NCBI RefSeq assembly: GCF_963921235.1
Contig: NC_086097.1
Coordinates: 85,996,001 to 86,060,000, forward strand
Origin: Mobula hypostoma
Lineage: Eukaryota
DNA length: 64,000 nt
Direction of reading: 5' to 3'
Both the position numbers and the translations under genes were made by a program. The number at the start of each line of letters is the position of its first letter. The stretch's first letter is position 1. Below are positions 50,175 to 63,199 of the stretch, piece by piece. Below the pieces are notes generated by a model. The model made no database searches. It saw only the letters and a list, made by a program, of their open reading frames with translations, and had not been told where the DNA came from.

Positions 50175-50570
50175 TACGAGGGGAGATTGATAAGTTTGTG
50201 GCCTAAGATAGAAGGAGTTAATTTTAGAAAACCTAGCACATTTACTTTTCAACATAGTCCCCTCCTACATTTACACGCTTAGTCCAGTGGTCATGAAGCA
50301 TACGGATCCTTCTTTGTAGAAGTCGGCGTCTTGGATCTCCAGAAGTGGTCTACAGCAGGGGCTATTGACAAGTTTGTGGCCTAAGGTAGAAGAAGATGAG
50401 TTATTAACTTCAAATTTTCTGCATTATCACTCAAAGAGTTGAACTGCCCATGCATATAACGAGAGCGTCTTGGACCTCCAGGTGGTCCACAGCAGGCGTG
50501 ATTGATAAGTTTGTGACCTAAGGTAGGAGGAGATGAGTTGTACAGCTCTCATTACATGCACGTGGTATAC
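50175..50570. mobile_element. Mariner-like non-autonomous element with iterated end motif
   Basis: Begins TACGAGGGG (mariner-type TIR start). The motif ATTGATAAGTTTGTGGCCTAAGGTAGAAG recurs at 50186, 50364 and 50501. No right TIR found. Confidence 0.55.
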
Positions 50571-50589
50571 AGACTTACTAACCAGACCT

Positions 50590-51270
50590 TAAAAACAAAC
50601 GAGGCCCCAGCACTGATCCCTGCGGAACACCACTGATCACATACCTCAAGTCAGAACAACAACCCTCCACCACTTCCCCTCTCAATAAATAAGATCCCCA
50701 CAGGCCCTGGGGACTCTATAGCCTTGAAATTCTTCAAAAGATCACAACCTCCTCCTTCCTGATATCAACATGTTCCTCCCCAATCTCACTCCCCCCCACA
50801 TCTTTCCCCCTTGATGAATATCAATGCAAAGTACTCATTTAGTATCTCACTTGCTTCCTCTGGCTCCAAGTATAAATTTCCTTCTTTATGCTTAACTGGT
50901 CATATCGTCTTCCCAGCTACCCTCTTGTTTCTAATGAATGTTTAAGATGTCTTGGAATTGTCATTAACGCTACTCGCCGAAGACATTTCATGGCCTACTT
51001 TTAGCGCTGTTATTTAAGTTTTTTTTTCCCTGCTTCCTTCATATTCAAGTGTCCTGTCTGATTTCAGCTTCCTAAACTTTACATATGTTTCCTTTTCCTC
51101 TTTGACTATATTTACAACATCTCCTCATCCAAGGTTGCTGAACCTTGATCATCCTTCTTCCTGCTCACAGGAACTTGTTGGTCCTGAATTCTGAATAGCT
51201 GGTCTTTGTACGACAGCCGTGTATCTGATGTGGATTTGCCCACAAACAGCCACTCCAAATCGATTCCCTA
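50590..51270 (-). mobile_element. Degraded CR1 internal fragment
   Basis: GGCCCCAGCACTGATCCCTGCGGAACACCACT (antisense SGVPQGSVLGP) and GCAAAGTACTCATTTAG (antisense LNEYFA). Confidence 0.65.
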
Positions 51271-51274
51271 ATTG

Positions 51275-51545
51275 AATTCAACTGACTTTATTACTTACAT
51301 CCTTCATGTACATGAGTAAAAATCTTTACGTTACAATGTGCAATTTATAGTAATTTATAATAAATAGTATGTACAATAGGACAGTAACAAGATGATTAAA
51401 TATGAACAGTCAATATAACATAGAAATACAGATGTGTCAGCATGAATTAAGCAGTCTGATAACCTGGTGGAAGAAGCTGTCCCACAGCCTGTTAGTCCTG
51501 GCTTTTATGCTGCGGTACCATTTCCCAGATGGTAGCAGCTGCTAC
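51275..51545 (-). mobile_element. Rex1/Babar-type LINE 3' end
   Basis: Antisense ...RYRSIKARTNRLWDSFFHQVIRLLN plus a 3' UTR. Confidence 0.7.
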
Positions 51546-53109
51546 CTAATGCTGTTATAACTACCTTTTGCCTTTATTCAGAGACCAGGGAAACAATGAA
51601 ACTGGAAAGCTTCAAAATTTCAAGATTCAGGTTTCTTTGTCACGTGTACTTCGAAACAGTGAAAATTGCGTTAACAAGCAACACAGCCAAGGATATGCTG
51701 GGGGCAGCCCACAAGTGTCGCCACACATTCTGGTGCCAACATAGCTTACCCACAATGCTTGGCAGAACATTACACAGAACACAACAAGCAGCAAGTAACA
51801 ACAGCAAAATCAAGCTACATTCCTCCCTCCTACTCACACAGATAGACAGTCAATTTTACACCAGGATAGGCCTCCTGCTCCAGCTTTTAGCAGACACAGA
51901 CTCAGGCTTGAGGACTGGGGTTCAACCTCCCCAGTGGACCAGCAGACTCAGCTCCCACCTCCCACCAATGGGCCTCCACTTGCACTGCACACCAGGAAAG
52001 CTGTGTGTTCTTCCTCAGATGGCTAAAATGATTCTGGACTTGTGGACTAGAAAAAGATATGAAAGGTTCTTGTGCAATAGACAATTTGATCCACTAAAGT
52101 TTATCCTTATTAATTCTAGGCTCCCCGGCCTCAATCTTTGGAACAACCCTGCTGATTTTGCCACAGTTATATTTCCTGACCAGATCACAACAAATCCTCA
52201 TCAACCTTTGCAATATCGAATCTTAAAGGCCAGAATTATTTTGAGCTATTCGGAATGTATGTTATCAGGAAATACTCAGTTGGATCATCTTTCTCCGAGT
52301 GCAATTCCCCCTTAAAATTTCAGTCCCTTCTGCTTATTAAGGAATGTATTCCAGTGACCCACAGGGCTGAGATGTTACTAAGGAGGTGAAAGAGATTGGT
52401 GAGATGATCTGAAGACTGAAAATGCAAAGGTATTGGCAGCCTGATGTCCAAATCAAATTAACTACAGGTCACCTTTCAGATATTTTTGGCAGGTTCCTTG
52501 CCCAAGATTCAGTCTGATGGACAAATGTCACCAACATAATAGGTCCAATGGCTCAAGGCCACAGATAGAACATAAAATAATTCAGCACAGGAACAGGAAC
52601 AGGCCCTTCGTTGCTGATGCTTCCAGAGCATGATGCCAAATTAAACCAATACTTAATGCCTGCACATGGTCCCTATCTCTCCATGCAAGTGCCTTTCTGA
52701 ATATCTGTTGAACACCACTGTCATATCTGCTTCCACTACCACCTGAGGCAGCATGTTCCAAACACCTGCGTAAGGGTGGAAGAAAATCAGAGCAGAGGGG
52801 ATTAGAAATGTCGAGAGGTTGGGAAAAGCCCTGCGGGATACCATGATGGAGATCGGGGAGGGTGGATTTGTGAAAACGGCAGGGTCATCACAAAGGCAGT
52901 TAGATGCAGAGACTGAAGGAGTTTAGAGTCAGGAGGGATCATCATGAGTGGGCCACTTTTTAACAATGTTTCACATCATCCAGGGACAAGGGAAGAAGGA
53001 AAGAAAGTATACACAGTTGTGTGCTGCAGGAATTAAAATAGGGTACTGCAAGTAGGTTGTTGGGCTGGGGGGAGGAATCCTGTGGGGCAATGAAGAGTTC
53101 ATCAACATA

Positions 53110-53420
53110 TTGCTGTAGTTGTAAAAAAAAAAGGCAAGACAGCGGCTATACTTCATTAGGAGTTTGAAGAGATTTGACATGCCAACAAATACACTCAAAA
53201 ACTTCTATAGTTGTACTGTGGAGAGCATTCTGACAGGCTGCATCACTGTCTGGTATGGAGGGGCTACTGCACAGGACCTAAAGAAGCTACAGAAGGTTGT
53301 AAGTCTAGTCAGCTCCATCTTGGGCCTACAAAGTACCGAGAACATCTTTAGGGAGCGGCGTCTGAGAAAGGACCTCCAGCACCCAGGGCATGCCCTTTTC
53401 TCACTGTTACCATCAAGTAG
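53110..53420 (+). mobile_element. Rex1/Babar-type LINE fragment
   Basis: NFYSCTVESILTGCITVWYG...KKLQKVV...HPGHALFSLLPS. Confidence 0.8.
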
Positions 53421-53422
53421 GG

Positions 53423-53515
53423 CAGGGGTCCCCAACCTTCCTCGCACTGCAGACCGGTTTAATATTGACAGTATTCTTGCGGACCGGCTGACTGGGTGGG
53501 GGGGGGTGGGTGTTA
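53423..53515 (+). mobile_element. hAT MITE left end (truncated)
   Basis: CAGGGGTCCCCAACCT TIR-like start, similar to 26299. No partner TIR found. Confidence 0.5.
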
Positions 53516-54957
53516 AATAGGGTTAAACTCACCTCAACATGTGCAGAGTGACAAAGCTTGTCAGAGAATTTTGCAGCATATAGGTCAGTTGCAAAAATGG
53601 AATTTAATTTGGACAAGTGTGAAGTGTTGCACTCTAGAGGACACATCTAAGAGGAAAATATGCAGTAAATGGCCCTGACGAGCATTGATGTACACAGGGG
53701 TAATAGGGTGTAGCACAGTTCAATACGAAGGAAAGTATGAAACAAATGCATATTTTTGCTTCAATTTTCTTTTCATTTAATTTCTTGCAAAAGTGTCCTC
53801 ATGACAAAAGCTACACCTTAAAATATTTTAAAATTTTCAGAGTCAGTGGGCAGACTTCATATAAATCAGAAGAGCAAGGAGAGAGTTAATAATAACCTTC
53901 TAGGTTCACTCCTTCAAGGACACAAAGCTGGTATCTTTACTGGACTGGGAATATTCATGGCTCAAGCCTTTGGCTTTGAATTCCCTGTTTAAGGTCAGGC
54001 AGATAAACGTAGTTTATGCTTTTGACGATCCAGTGAGTGATGGCATGTGGGCTTACGCAGTGATGCCAGACAATGCATAATTCTTATCTGATGTCACTTG
54101 CACAGAATTCTAGCTTGCACTCAAAATGCTGAAGGCAGTGCGAACCAGAAGTTGAATTAATTTTGGTGTTAGTTAAGGGGCTGCCAAAGAGTCGGAAGCA
54201 TCAAGCTAGGTCTGGGTTTGTGTCTTTAAATTTCTATCAGTATTAAGCTCTCACCCACTCCCTGCCCCACACTTGTGATCCTCTTCAGGGCGCCTTTCAC
54301 CTGCATCGTCCCCTCCCCAGAATCCCTATTTGCCAGCACAGTCTCTCACCACCTCACTTCGTCTAACAAGGTGTGAAATCACAGGATGTTAACATGGGCC
54401 AAATTGCCTTTATTTAGAACTGTTCTCATCAAATGGGGGCAGGTACCTACTAAAAGGAGACAGGGCCTCTGTGTAGCATCTTGAATGTAGCACAGTACTC
54501 CTTTAATGTTGCTCCCAGTGTCAGCCTGACTTCTGTTTTCTTCTCTCTGAAATGAGGCAGGAACTTAATACGTTTCAGTTCAGAGGCACGACAGGCTCTG
54601 ACTGAGCCACAGCTGTTACCATTCAACAAAATGGTACAGACCCTCATTATTTCTCCACTACTTGCATATTTCCTCCATATGCAACACGCTATGATCCTCT
54701 TGGTGGTCAGATAGTCCATGAGCGCTAAAACTTCGGGTTTACATGTGCATGTTGTGGTGGACGCGTGGGCAAGGGAGCAGTTATGAGCCAACATGTTAAG
54801 GGAGAAAGTGGAGGAAATGTGAAAAGGGTTAGTAGCACAGGAACTGTGCATTTCTGGATCAAAAGTCAGTGAGATCTACAGGAAAAATCATGGGTATTAT
54901 TGGTGGGGAACTGGGTTAGGATTAGTGTGGAGGTAGAATGATATTGGTTCAAACCGA

Positions 54958-55212
54958 TCATAGTCATACTTTATTGATCCTGAGGGAAATTGGGTTTCGT
55001 TACAGTTCCACCAACCAAGAATAGAGTATAAATATAGCAATATAAAACCATAAATAATTAAATAATAATATGTAAGTTATGCCAGGAAATAAGTCCAGAA
55101 CCAGCCTATTGGCTCAGGGTGTCTGACCCTCCAAGGGAGGAGTTGTAAAGTTTGATGGCCACAGGCAGGAATGACTTCCTATGATGCTCAGTGTTGCATC
55201 TCGGTGGAATGA
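54958..55212 (-). mobile_element. Rex1 3' end, same subfamily as 47612-50165
   Basis: IPPRCNTEHHRKSFLPVAIKLYNSSLGGSDTLS is nearly identical to the end of ORF 49685-50014. (GTCATA)n tail in antisense. Confidence 0.88.
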
Positions 55213-55214
55213 TC

Positions 55215-55730
55215 AAATCATTGCATTGAGGTAGTATAATGTAAAAAAATAACAATGCAGAATAAAGTGCGACAGCCACAGAGAAAGTGCAATGCAGATA
55301 AACAATGAGATGCAAGATCTTAACAAGTTAGAATGTGAGGTCAAGAGTCCATCTTATTGTACTAGGGAACCATTCAATAGAATTGTATCAGTTGGGTAGA
55401 TACAACCCTTGAGCCTGATGGTACATACTTTCAAGGTTTTGTAAATTCTGGCCGATGGGAGAGGGGAGAAGAGTCAGTGTTCGGAGTGGGTGGGCTTTTT
55501 GATTGTGCTGGCTAGTCTACTGAGCAGCAGGAAGTATAGACTGAGTCCATTGGAGGAAGCTGGTTTCTGTGATGTGCTGAACTGTGTCCACAACTGTCTG
55601 TAGCTTCCTGTGGTCACATGCAGAGCAGTTGCCATACCAAGCTATTATGCATCAGATAGGAAGCTTTCTATGGTGTATTGATAAAAATTGGTAAGAGTTG
55701 ACAGAAACATGCCAAATTTCTTTAACCCGC
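55215..55730 (-). mobile_element. Older Rex1/Babar-type LINE 3' fragment
   Basis: Colinear with 16270-16745 and 46480-46700. Confidence 0.65.
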
Positions 55731-57900
55731 TAAACTTCTTTAGTGGATTGTTGGCCCAGGGTGCTTGTTCTCACTTAGTAGTTTCTACTAAAAGGGGAAA
55801 TTTATAAATGTTGGCTTTGGCATCTGATTATTGGATCAATTACTGGAAATGCTGCAGCTGGAAATTTTTTTCCACATTTTTTAACATCTAATGAACAATT
55901 TGTTCATCTCATTCTCAATGTACATATATGTATCCATGCATTTCTAATTTTGCTTTAAAATTACATTCCAGCATATTTTGTTCCCTTTCTCCATTTCTAT
56001 TAAAACTCTCTCATTATTGAGACATGATGTCCTTTATCTGCGTTTTGATTTATTACCGTCTGAGGCAGCAATAATCTCTTGTGTCTTCTAAACAAACTAG
56101 AATTGATTCCATTTTACCTCAACATTATTAGCTTTGACTTTTCTCTTTTATTTCATGAGTTCAAGGGACCCTGTTTCATCATCCTCCTTGTCCAATTAAT
56201 TTTTCCACAAATATTTTCACTGCATTAAATTCCAGAGACATTGAAAGTTACATAAAAGTATATTTGGCTTTAAGTTAGGTATGCGGCCTACTTTATGAGT
56301 GCATGATAACCTGTGTGAAGCAAGTTCAAGTATTCCAGACATTTTTGACAATAGCAAACCCCAGTTCAACTGTCAAGAACTTTGTGGCCTCCAGCTGAAT
56401 GACACTGTTGCATTGGTAAGGCCAAATACTAATTTCCTATTGATAATTGGCCTTGCAAAGGATTGTCATTTACATTTGGTACTGCTGCCTCGTAACTCCA
56501 CGGAACTGAGTTCAGTCCTATTCGTAGGTGCTGTCTCTGGTGTTTGTACATTCTCTCCATGACCACATAAGTTCCATTAGCTGCTATCATTTTCTCCCGA
56601 ATCACAAGGATACAGTGATAGATTAATTGGTTATTGGTACATCAGTGAACAACACTAGAACAGGCAACATTCTCCAGATGGTCCATAAAATTGTTTCTTT
56701 CACTTCTTTTATGTCTTCTTTTTCTTCTCAAAGTGGATCTGGTTCCTTTGGAGTCTATGATCTACAGTTTGATGGCGTGCTTTAGGGCTGATTGAATGAT
56801 CTGGTGCTTTGTTGTCTCTGAGAAGGTTCTACGGGGTGAGTGACCTTGGGGTCAAGAAGCTGAGAGATGGGACGTGAACCCATGATTTCTTGCTGATCTG
56901 GCCAATTAAAATGTTGAGGAAGTTTAAAAACATCAAGACAGGTGCCGGAAGTGAGCAAGTGTTCAGTGCTGTCTACCAGCCTCTCGTTGCTGCCGGAGGA
57001 AGATGTCTGTTTGTGATAGTCCTTCTCTCCCTCTCACTCACTGATCCCGAAGGAAGACCCTGTGATTGAGTGGTCTGTCTGTTTCCCTTGATGCTGTCGG
57101 CGGATGGGAACGAAGCTCTGGGCCTGCAGTTTGTGGATTGAACTGATTGCTCCTTTTCTGGTGCTATTTTACTATTCTGGGTGACATTGGATTGGGGTAG
57201 CCTGCAGATAATAAGCACTGATCTGAACTGGAAATGAACAGTTTTGATTTTGTTTTTTAAATTCTGTGTTTTTGCTTGTTTTTTCTTCTTGCTGTTTGCG
57301 AGATTTGTTTTCTGTGCATGGGAGGGTGATGTTTATCTTTGAACAGGTTCCACGGTGTTTCTTTGCTTCATGGCTCTCTGTGGGGAAGACGAATCACTCA
57401 GGGTTGTATACTGCATACGTACTGTACTTTGATAATAAATGTACTTTGAGTCCTTTGTGTCCTTTGAAATGCGCATGGAAAAGAGCTGAGAGTGAATTGG
57501 ATTGGCATGTGAGAGAGAATGAGAATGTCATTGAAAAATGCTTCAAAAATGGGTAGGTGAATTTACAAAGGCCAAAATATCATAGCTGAGGTCACTCATA
57601 AGCTAGGAATCCTCCATAATAACAATTGGGCCAACTACTTCAATATAAGTCTGATTAGATAGCCCAGAGAGGGGCAAACAGCAGACAGTTCAGCTTAATT
57701 ACATATTATTGTTTCTTATATCTTTTGACCTAGAAGCAGGCATTCAGTTTACTGAGTCTATACTTTTACCTCAAAGTGGTCCCATTAACCCCTTTTTAAA
57801 CGCAAACAACAGGAATTCTGCAGATGCTGGAAATTCAAGCAACACACATAAAAGTTGCTGGTGAACGCAGCAGGCCAGGCAGCATCTCTAGGAAGAGGTA

Positions 57901-57938
57901 CAGTCGACGTTTCAGGCCGAGACCCTTCGTCAGGATTA
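57901..57938 (-). ncRNA. Minimal hammerhead ribozyme motif (PLE type)
   Basis: Minus strand TAATC-CTGACGA-AGGGTCTCGGCCT-GAAA-CGTC-GACTG. Confidence 0.7.
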
Positions 57939-58732
57939 ACTGAAGGAAGAGTTAGTAAGAGATTTGAGAGGGGGAGGGGGAGATCCAAAATGATAGGAGA
58001 AGACAGGAGGGGGAGGGATGGAGCCAAGAGCTGGACAGGTGATAGGCAAAAGGGAATACGAGAGGATCATGGGACAGGACAAGCGGGGGGGGGGGACCCA
58101 GAGGATGGGCAAGAGGTATATTCAGAGGGACAGAGGGAGAAAAAGGAGAGTGAGAGAAAGAATGTGTGCATAAAAATAAGTAACAGATGGGGTACGAGGG
58201 GAAGGTGGGGCCTTAGCGGAAGTTAGAGAAGTCGATGTTCATGCCATCAGATGGGAGGCTACCCAGACGGAATATAAGGTGTTGTTCCTCCAACCTGAGT
58301 GTGGCTTCATCTTTACAGTAGAGGAGGCCGTGGATAGACATGTCAGATGAAGCCACACTCAGGTTGGAGGAACAACACCTTATATTCCGTCTGGGTAGCC
58401 TCCAACCTGATGGCATGAACATCGACTTCTCTAACTTCCGCTAAGGCCCCAACTCCCCCTCGTACCCCATCTGTTACTTATTTTTATGCACACATTCTTT
58501 CTCTCACTCTCCTTTTTCTCCCTCTGTCCCTCTGAATATACCTCCTGCCCATCCTCTGGGTCCCCCCCCCCGCCGTCTTTCTTCCCAGACCTCCTGTCCC
58601 ATGATCCTCTCATATCCCCTTTTGCCTATCGCCAGTCCAGCTCTTGGCTCTATCCCTCCCCCTCCTGTCTTCTCCTATAATTTTGGATCTCCCCCTCCCC
58701 CTCTCAAATCTCTTACTCACTTTTCCTTCAGT

Positions 58733-58770
58733 TAGTCCTGACGAAGGGTCTCGGCCTGAAACGTCGACTG
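58733..58770 (+). ncRNA. Minimal hammerhead ribozyme motif (PLE type), core intact
   Basis: TAGTC-CTGACGA-AGGGTCTCGGCCT-GAAA-CGTC-GACTG: stem I AGTC/GACT, CUGANGA and GAAA boxes, GUC cleavage triplet, palindromic ACGT in place of stem III. Confidence 0.75.
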
Positions 58771-59022
58771 CACCTCTTCCTACAGATGCTGCCTGGCCTG
58801 CTGCATTTACCAGCAACTTTGATGTGTGTTCCATTAACCCCTTTCCCCTATTTTCTATCCCTTGCCTATCAACTTTCCTTTGATTGTCACCCAGCTAGGC
58901 GACAGGCAATTTACATGTTTGATATAGCTTTGTGTACCTGTTATAGTCATTATCAGTTTCAATGTAGCTGTGCTTTATACATCTAAAGCTCATAACCAAA
59001 AATACATAATTTTGGAAAATAA

Positions 59023-59068
59023 TAATCATGACCCAAGAAAATGCCTAATCATGACCCAAGAAAATGCC
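59023..59068. repeat. Perfect 23-bp tandem duplication
   Basis: TAATCATGACCCAAGAAAATGCC occurs twice in tandem. Confidence 0.9.
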
Positions 59069-60624
59069 CACAAAGTGAAGCAAAAATGAAAATGTAAAAC
59101 TTCAATCTTCACTTTATTTTTTAGCTAGCATCTAGTTTTAGTGTGTTTTACTGTGCATAATCTCTAAAATGTTAGATCAAAAGTATGAGCTAGTTAGCAG
59201 AGCAGACTTGATGGGCTGAATGGCCTAATTCTGCTCCCATGTCTTCAATAGACATGTCATGGTGATCACTCACAGCTATGGAGTAAAGCAGAACGTCACG
59301 TCTGAGAAACATTTCGATCAATACTGGGAGCTTTCAAGCCACTTACGTACCAATCATCTATGGGAAGAAAATGTAATTAGACTTCCATCTACATACAATT
59401 GAACTATTTAAGTGTTTTGCTATTTCCAAGTGGCACTTTGCAACATTCAGATTTACTTTTGTAAAATTGATGGAGATGGATGAATTTTCTCAGAAGTTCT
59501 GCCTGGTGTTCTCCACTTCAGGTCTGTTGACATGGATGTGTGTGTGAGAGCAGTGAGTTCCCTTCATTTCCTTCCCAATTTAACACAAATACAGCTTCTT
59601 TGACTTGTATCATGGTCCAGGTCAGACAAATGAATTGTAAAATCAGCCAGGCTCAGTAATAAGTACAGCTGTGCAGCCACGTCAGTCCTGGTCGACTGTA
59701 TTTCTATCCAATTTACATCTGGTAATTTAGGTTTATAGGGACAGATGAAACACCCCATGGGACAAGGTACAGCCAGTCGAGTACTCTGTATCTCATGAAC
59801 ATTGCTGTCATGCTATAATAACATCTATATTCTGGGTGGAGCACAAGTATAAAATGGATATTTCTGAATGAACCCTCTGTCTGGTGCACACTATGATTCA
59901 AAGCAGAAGGAGTTTTATTAGTCACTAGGAATTGCAGTAGAATTGAACTGACGTGCACTGCCTACTTGGGTTAAGGGAACAGACTAATGGACAAGGTTCC
60001 ATTAGGGTTGCAAGTACTCATTTGCCGAGAGTTTTCCTGTTTTGAAGGATCCCATGAGCAGTCCAGGAGAACCTCATGGGGATGCTCACAAAGAGGCCCA
60101 CGCTGCTTCTGCGCAGGCACAACCTGTCTTGGTAAAACTGCACCAGGTATTTTGAAGCTTGCAGAGCACATAAAATTGTAAGCACAGCACTTGTTTCTGC
60201 TGACTGATATATTTTGAATCAATGGAAGATGGATGGAGAGGGTGCATGTACTGTACAATTTCCATCTGTTATTTAAATCTCATGGACTGCAAAGATGCCC
60301 AAGAGACTTCCTTGTTCTTCGCTTACTACCCTGAGATTCAGTAGAGAGGAACAGGAAATCTCTTAGGTTCTACTGGAACTTGGAATGCTAAAGTCTCTTA
60401 AAAAATTGAGGTTTTTTTCTCTACCTGTTTTCCCTTTCCTGAATTTACCTGTGGAGTTTTCAGGTGCTTCCTCCTGATTTTGGCAACAAAAAAATCAAAG
60501 GAAAAGAAAATATAGTGTCAAGTTTGTCCCAGAATTCATTATGGTTGTATATGCCCTACGTTAGAATATTTCATTGAGAGTTTTGATAGTTGTGTCTTGG
60601 CCAGTTTATTAGATTATCAGAACA

Positions 60625-61200
60625 GTCAGACCTCTTTTATTATCATTTAGAAATGCATACATACATTAAGAAATGATACAATGTTTCTCCGGAGTGATAT
60701 CACAGAAAACAGGACAAACCAAAGACTAACACTGACAGAACCACATCATTATAACATATAGTTACAGCAGTGCAAAGCAATACCATAATTTGATGAAGAA
60801 CAAACCATGGGCACGGTAAAAAAGTCTCAAAGTCCCGAGTCAATCGACTCCCGAGTCCCTGATAGCAGGCAGCAAAAGGGAGAAACTCCCTGCTATAAAC
60901 CTCCAGGCACCGTCAACTTGCCAATGACTTGGAAGCAGCGGACCACAGCCAACACCGAGTCCATCCGTCTGAAAGCTTCGAGCCTCCGACCAGCCCTCCA
61001 ATACAGCCTCCCGAGCGCCATCCTCTGCCGAGCGCCTTCGACCTCGCCCCGGCCGCTGAAACACGCAAAGCCGAGGATTTCAGGGCTTTCTGCTCCGGAG
61101 ATTCTGGTTACCACACAGTAGCAGCGGCAGCGAAGTGGGCATATCAGAATTGTGCATGGTCCCCTACTTGTCAGATAACAGATATTCATCATCGGAGAGG
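60625..61200 (-). repeat. Unclassified CpG-rich interspersed repeat (probably a non-autonomous retroposon)
   Basis: Antisense AATAAA-type 3' end near 60630-60645 and a CpG-rich body against a CpG-poor background. Family not recognised. Confidence 0.35.
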
Positions 61201-61382
61201 CCACACGTGCTGCCCTCGCGCCGCCAACTTCTCCTGAGAGACTGTGGTTACATGAGTTGGCCCTTGTAAACTTAGTAAGTTCAATAGATAGTACAGATGT
61301 GCACTGCATGCCTCTTGTTTGGATACTCAGCTTACAAAGTTCAGATATTGTGACAGCATCCTGCTGGACTGACATTCACTGA

Positions 61383-62010
61383 ACAACACAAGCGGCATGC
61401 TGGAGGAACTCAGCGGGCCAGGCAGCATCTGTGGAAAAGAGTAAACAGTCGAGGTTTCAGGCTGAGACCCTTCATCAGGACTGGGGGAGAAAAGATGAGA
61501 AGTCCGAGCAAGAAGCTGGAGGTAGAGGAGAAAGAGGTACAAGGTAGTAGGTGGTAGATGAAACTGGGAGAAGGAGAGGGGTGAAGTTGATTGGTGAAAG
61601 AGGGCAAGGGCTGCAGGTGGGGGAATCTGATAGGGGAGGACAGAAGACCATGGAAGACAGGGAAGGGGGAGAAGCACCAGAGGGAGGTAATGGGCAGGTG
61701 AGGAGGTAAGGTGACAGAGGGGAATAGGAAAGGTGAAAGGGGGGAGGGATTACTGGAAGTTTGAGAAATCGGTGTTCGTACTATTAGGATGGAGGCTACC
61801 CAGACAGAATGTAAGGTATCCTCCAGCCAGAGTGTGGCTTCATTCTGGCAGTAGAGGAGACTATAGACTGACATGTCAGATTGGGAATGGGAAGTAGAAT
61901 AGAAATGGCCAATGAGAGCTACCACTTTTTCAGGAAGACTGAGTGTAGGTGCACATCAAAGTGGTCTCACCGATATACAGGAGGCCACTGGATAGAGTAG
62001 ACGACCCCAA
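61383..62010 (-). mobile_element. Penelope-like element 3' fragment (GIY-YIG remnant + pLTR)
   Basis: SDMSVYSLLYCQNEATLWLE on the minus strand. Colinear with 57841-58345. Confidence 0.82.
61446..61483 (-). ncRNA. Minimal hammerhead ribozyme motif
   Basis: Minus strand CAGTC-CTGATGA-AGGGTCTCAGCCT-GAAA-CCTC-GACTG. Stem I is perfect, and the ACGT palindrome is changed to ACCT. Confidence 0.62.
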
Positions 62011-63199
62011 CAGACCCTATCCTTGTTGCTGCACTACCATTCTTGTGCATGAGTTACAAGGTTGTGGGTTCAAGCTTCATCTACAAAGTACAATCACCTC
62101 ATTGACTTCATTAACAGTCCAGGGATGTAGAGGGTCAACCAGTTACCAATGGTAGAATACTGTAGCAACCTGCCTTGTGAAGCAAAGACCATGAAGAAGG
62201 ATCTTCTTTTGACACTTTTGTGTTCAGGCGGAGGGTATTGGAAACTTATACTTCAGCATATCCACTGAAAGTGCCACCCTAGGTATTCACAGGTTTTCAT
62301 GGATCCTGCTTTTCAGCTCTAACTCTTTGTAAATCCTATGAGCTCCCATGCTCAGCAGGAGGCACTCGATGCCCGTAAAGGGTCCAATTTTGATGTTATA
62401 CAATGAGCAACTGGGAGAGCAGGTTGAATCTGAATTTGTAAGTTATCAGTTGCTTAACTCAGTACTATTCAATGCTGGTTTAAGGCGGATTACTCAGCCC
62501 TAATTTCACAATACATAGCCACACAAGAAACTCACATACGACCCCCAAAGTCATGCTGCTTTGTCAGTTAATTTGTTAGTGTAGATTACCCTGAATGTAG
62601 GTGGGTGACAGGACTATTGTATCAGGGTATAGATTAGAGATTAGATTATCTTTATTTGTCACATGTACATCAAAACATACAGTGAAATACGTTGCGTGTG
62701 CAGTTTCGGGCTCTTATGCCTCCTCCTTGATGATAGTAATGAGAAGAGGGTGTGTCTTGGATGATGAAAGTAACTCATGATATATGCTGCCTCTTGATAT
62801 AGGTGATGGGTGTGACAGAGACAATGGGTTACAGGGAACTGCGGGGAATTGGATTGATTTGAGAGTAGACAGCAATTCAGTGGGCCAAATAGCCTCTGGT
62901 ATTGTAGAAAAACATGAAAATACAAATATAAAAAAGTAACGTGTTTCTAATTCCCAATGGGGTTTCATTCACTGTTTATCTCTATAACCACTTATAGTCC
63001 CTTAACTCGTGAGATTTCTGCACTTACCCAAATCTCCCTCGCTGTGAGAACACTAATTTATTTGATCCTTCATTGCTGTCTGTGTCTCCAGCTGGCAAGG
63101 CACCAAACTCTGAATTTCTTGCCCTTAACCTCTCTGCCTCACCACCTGTCTCCCCTTTTAAGATGTTTGTTCAAGCATTTCCCTTGAATCAGAACCGGA

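Larger units (their letters stand above)
57796..58830. mobile_element. Penelope-like element inserted as a 1035-bp inverted repeat (GIY-YIG C-terminus + pLTR in each arm)
   Basis: 14-bp TSD CCATTAACCCCTTT (57782-57795 / 58831-58844). Arms 57841-58312 and 58345-58830. DEATLRLEEQHLIFRLGSL..DGMNIDFSNFR, resembling the PLE GIY-YIG end, is encoded on both strands. Confidence 0.9.

Noticed and set aside
51596..52315. 239-aa ORF as a host gene
   Set aside because: Its first half is the antisense of the repeat at 1240-2128. It has no recognisable domain or convincing exon structure.
60807..61375. Overlapping ORFs or a CpG-island promoter
   Set aside because: The GC/CpG richness is confined to what looks like an inserted repeat, and the ORFs have no recognisable domains.
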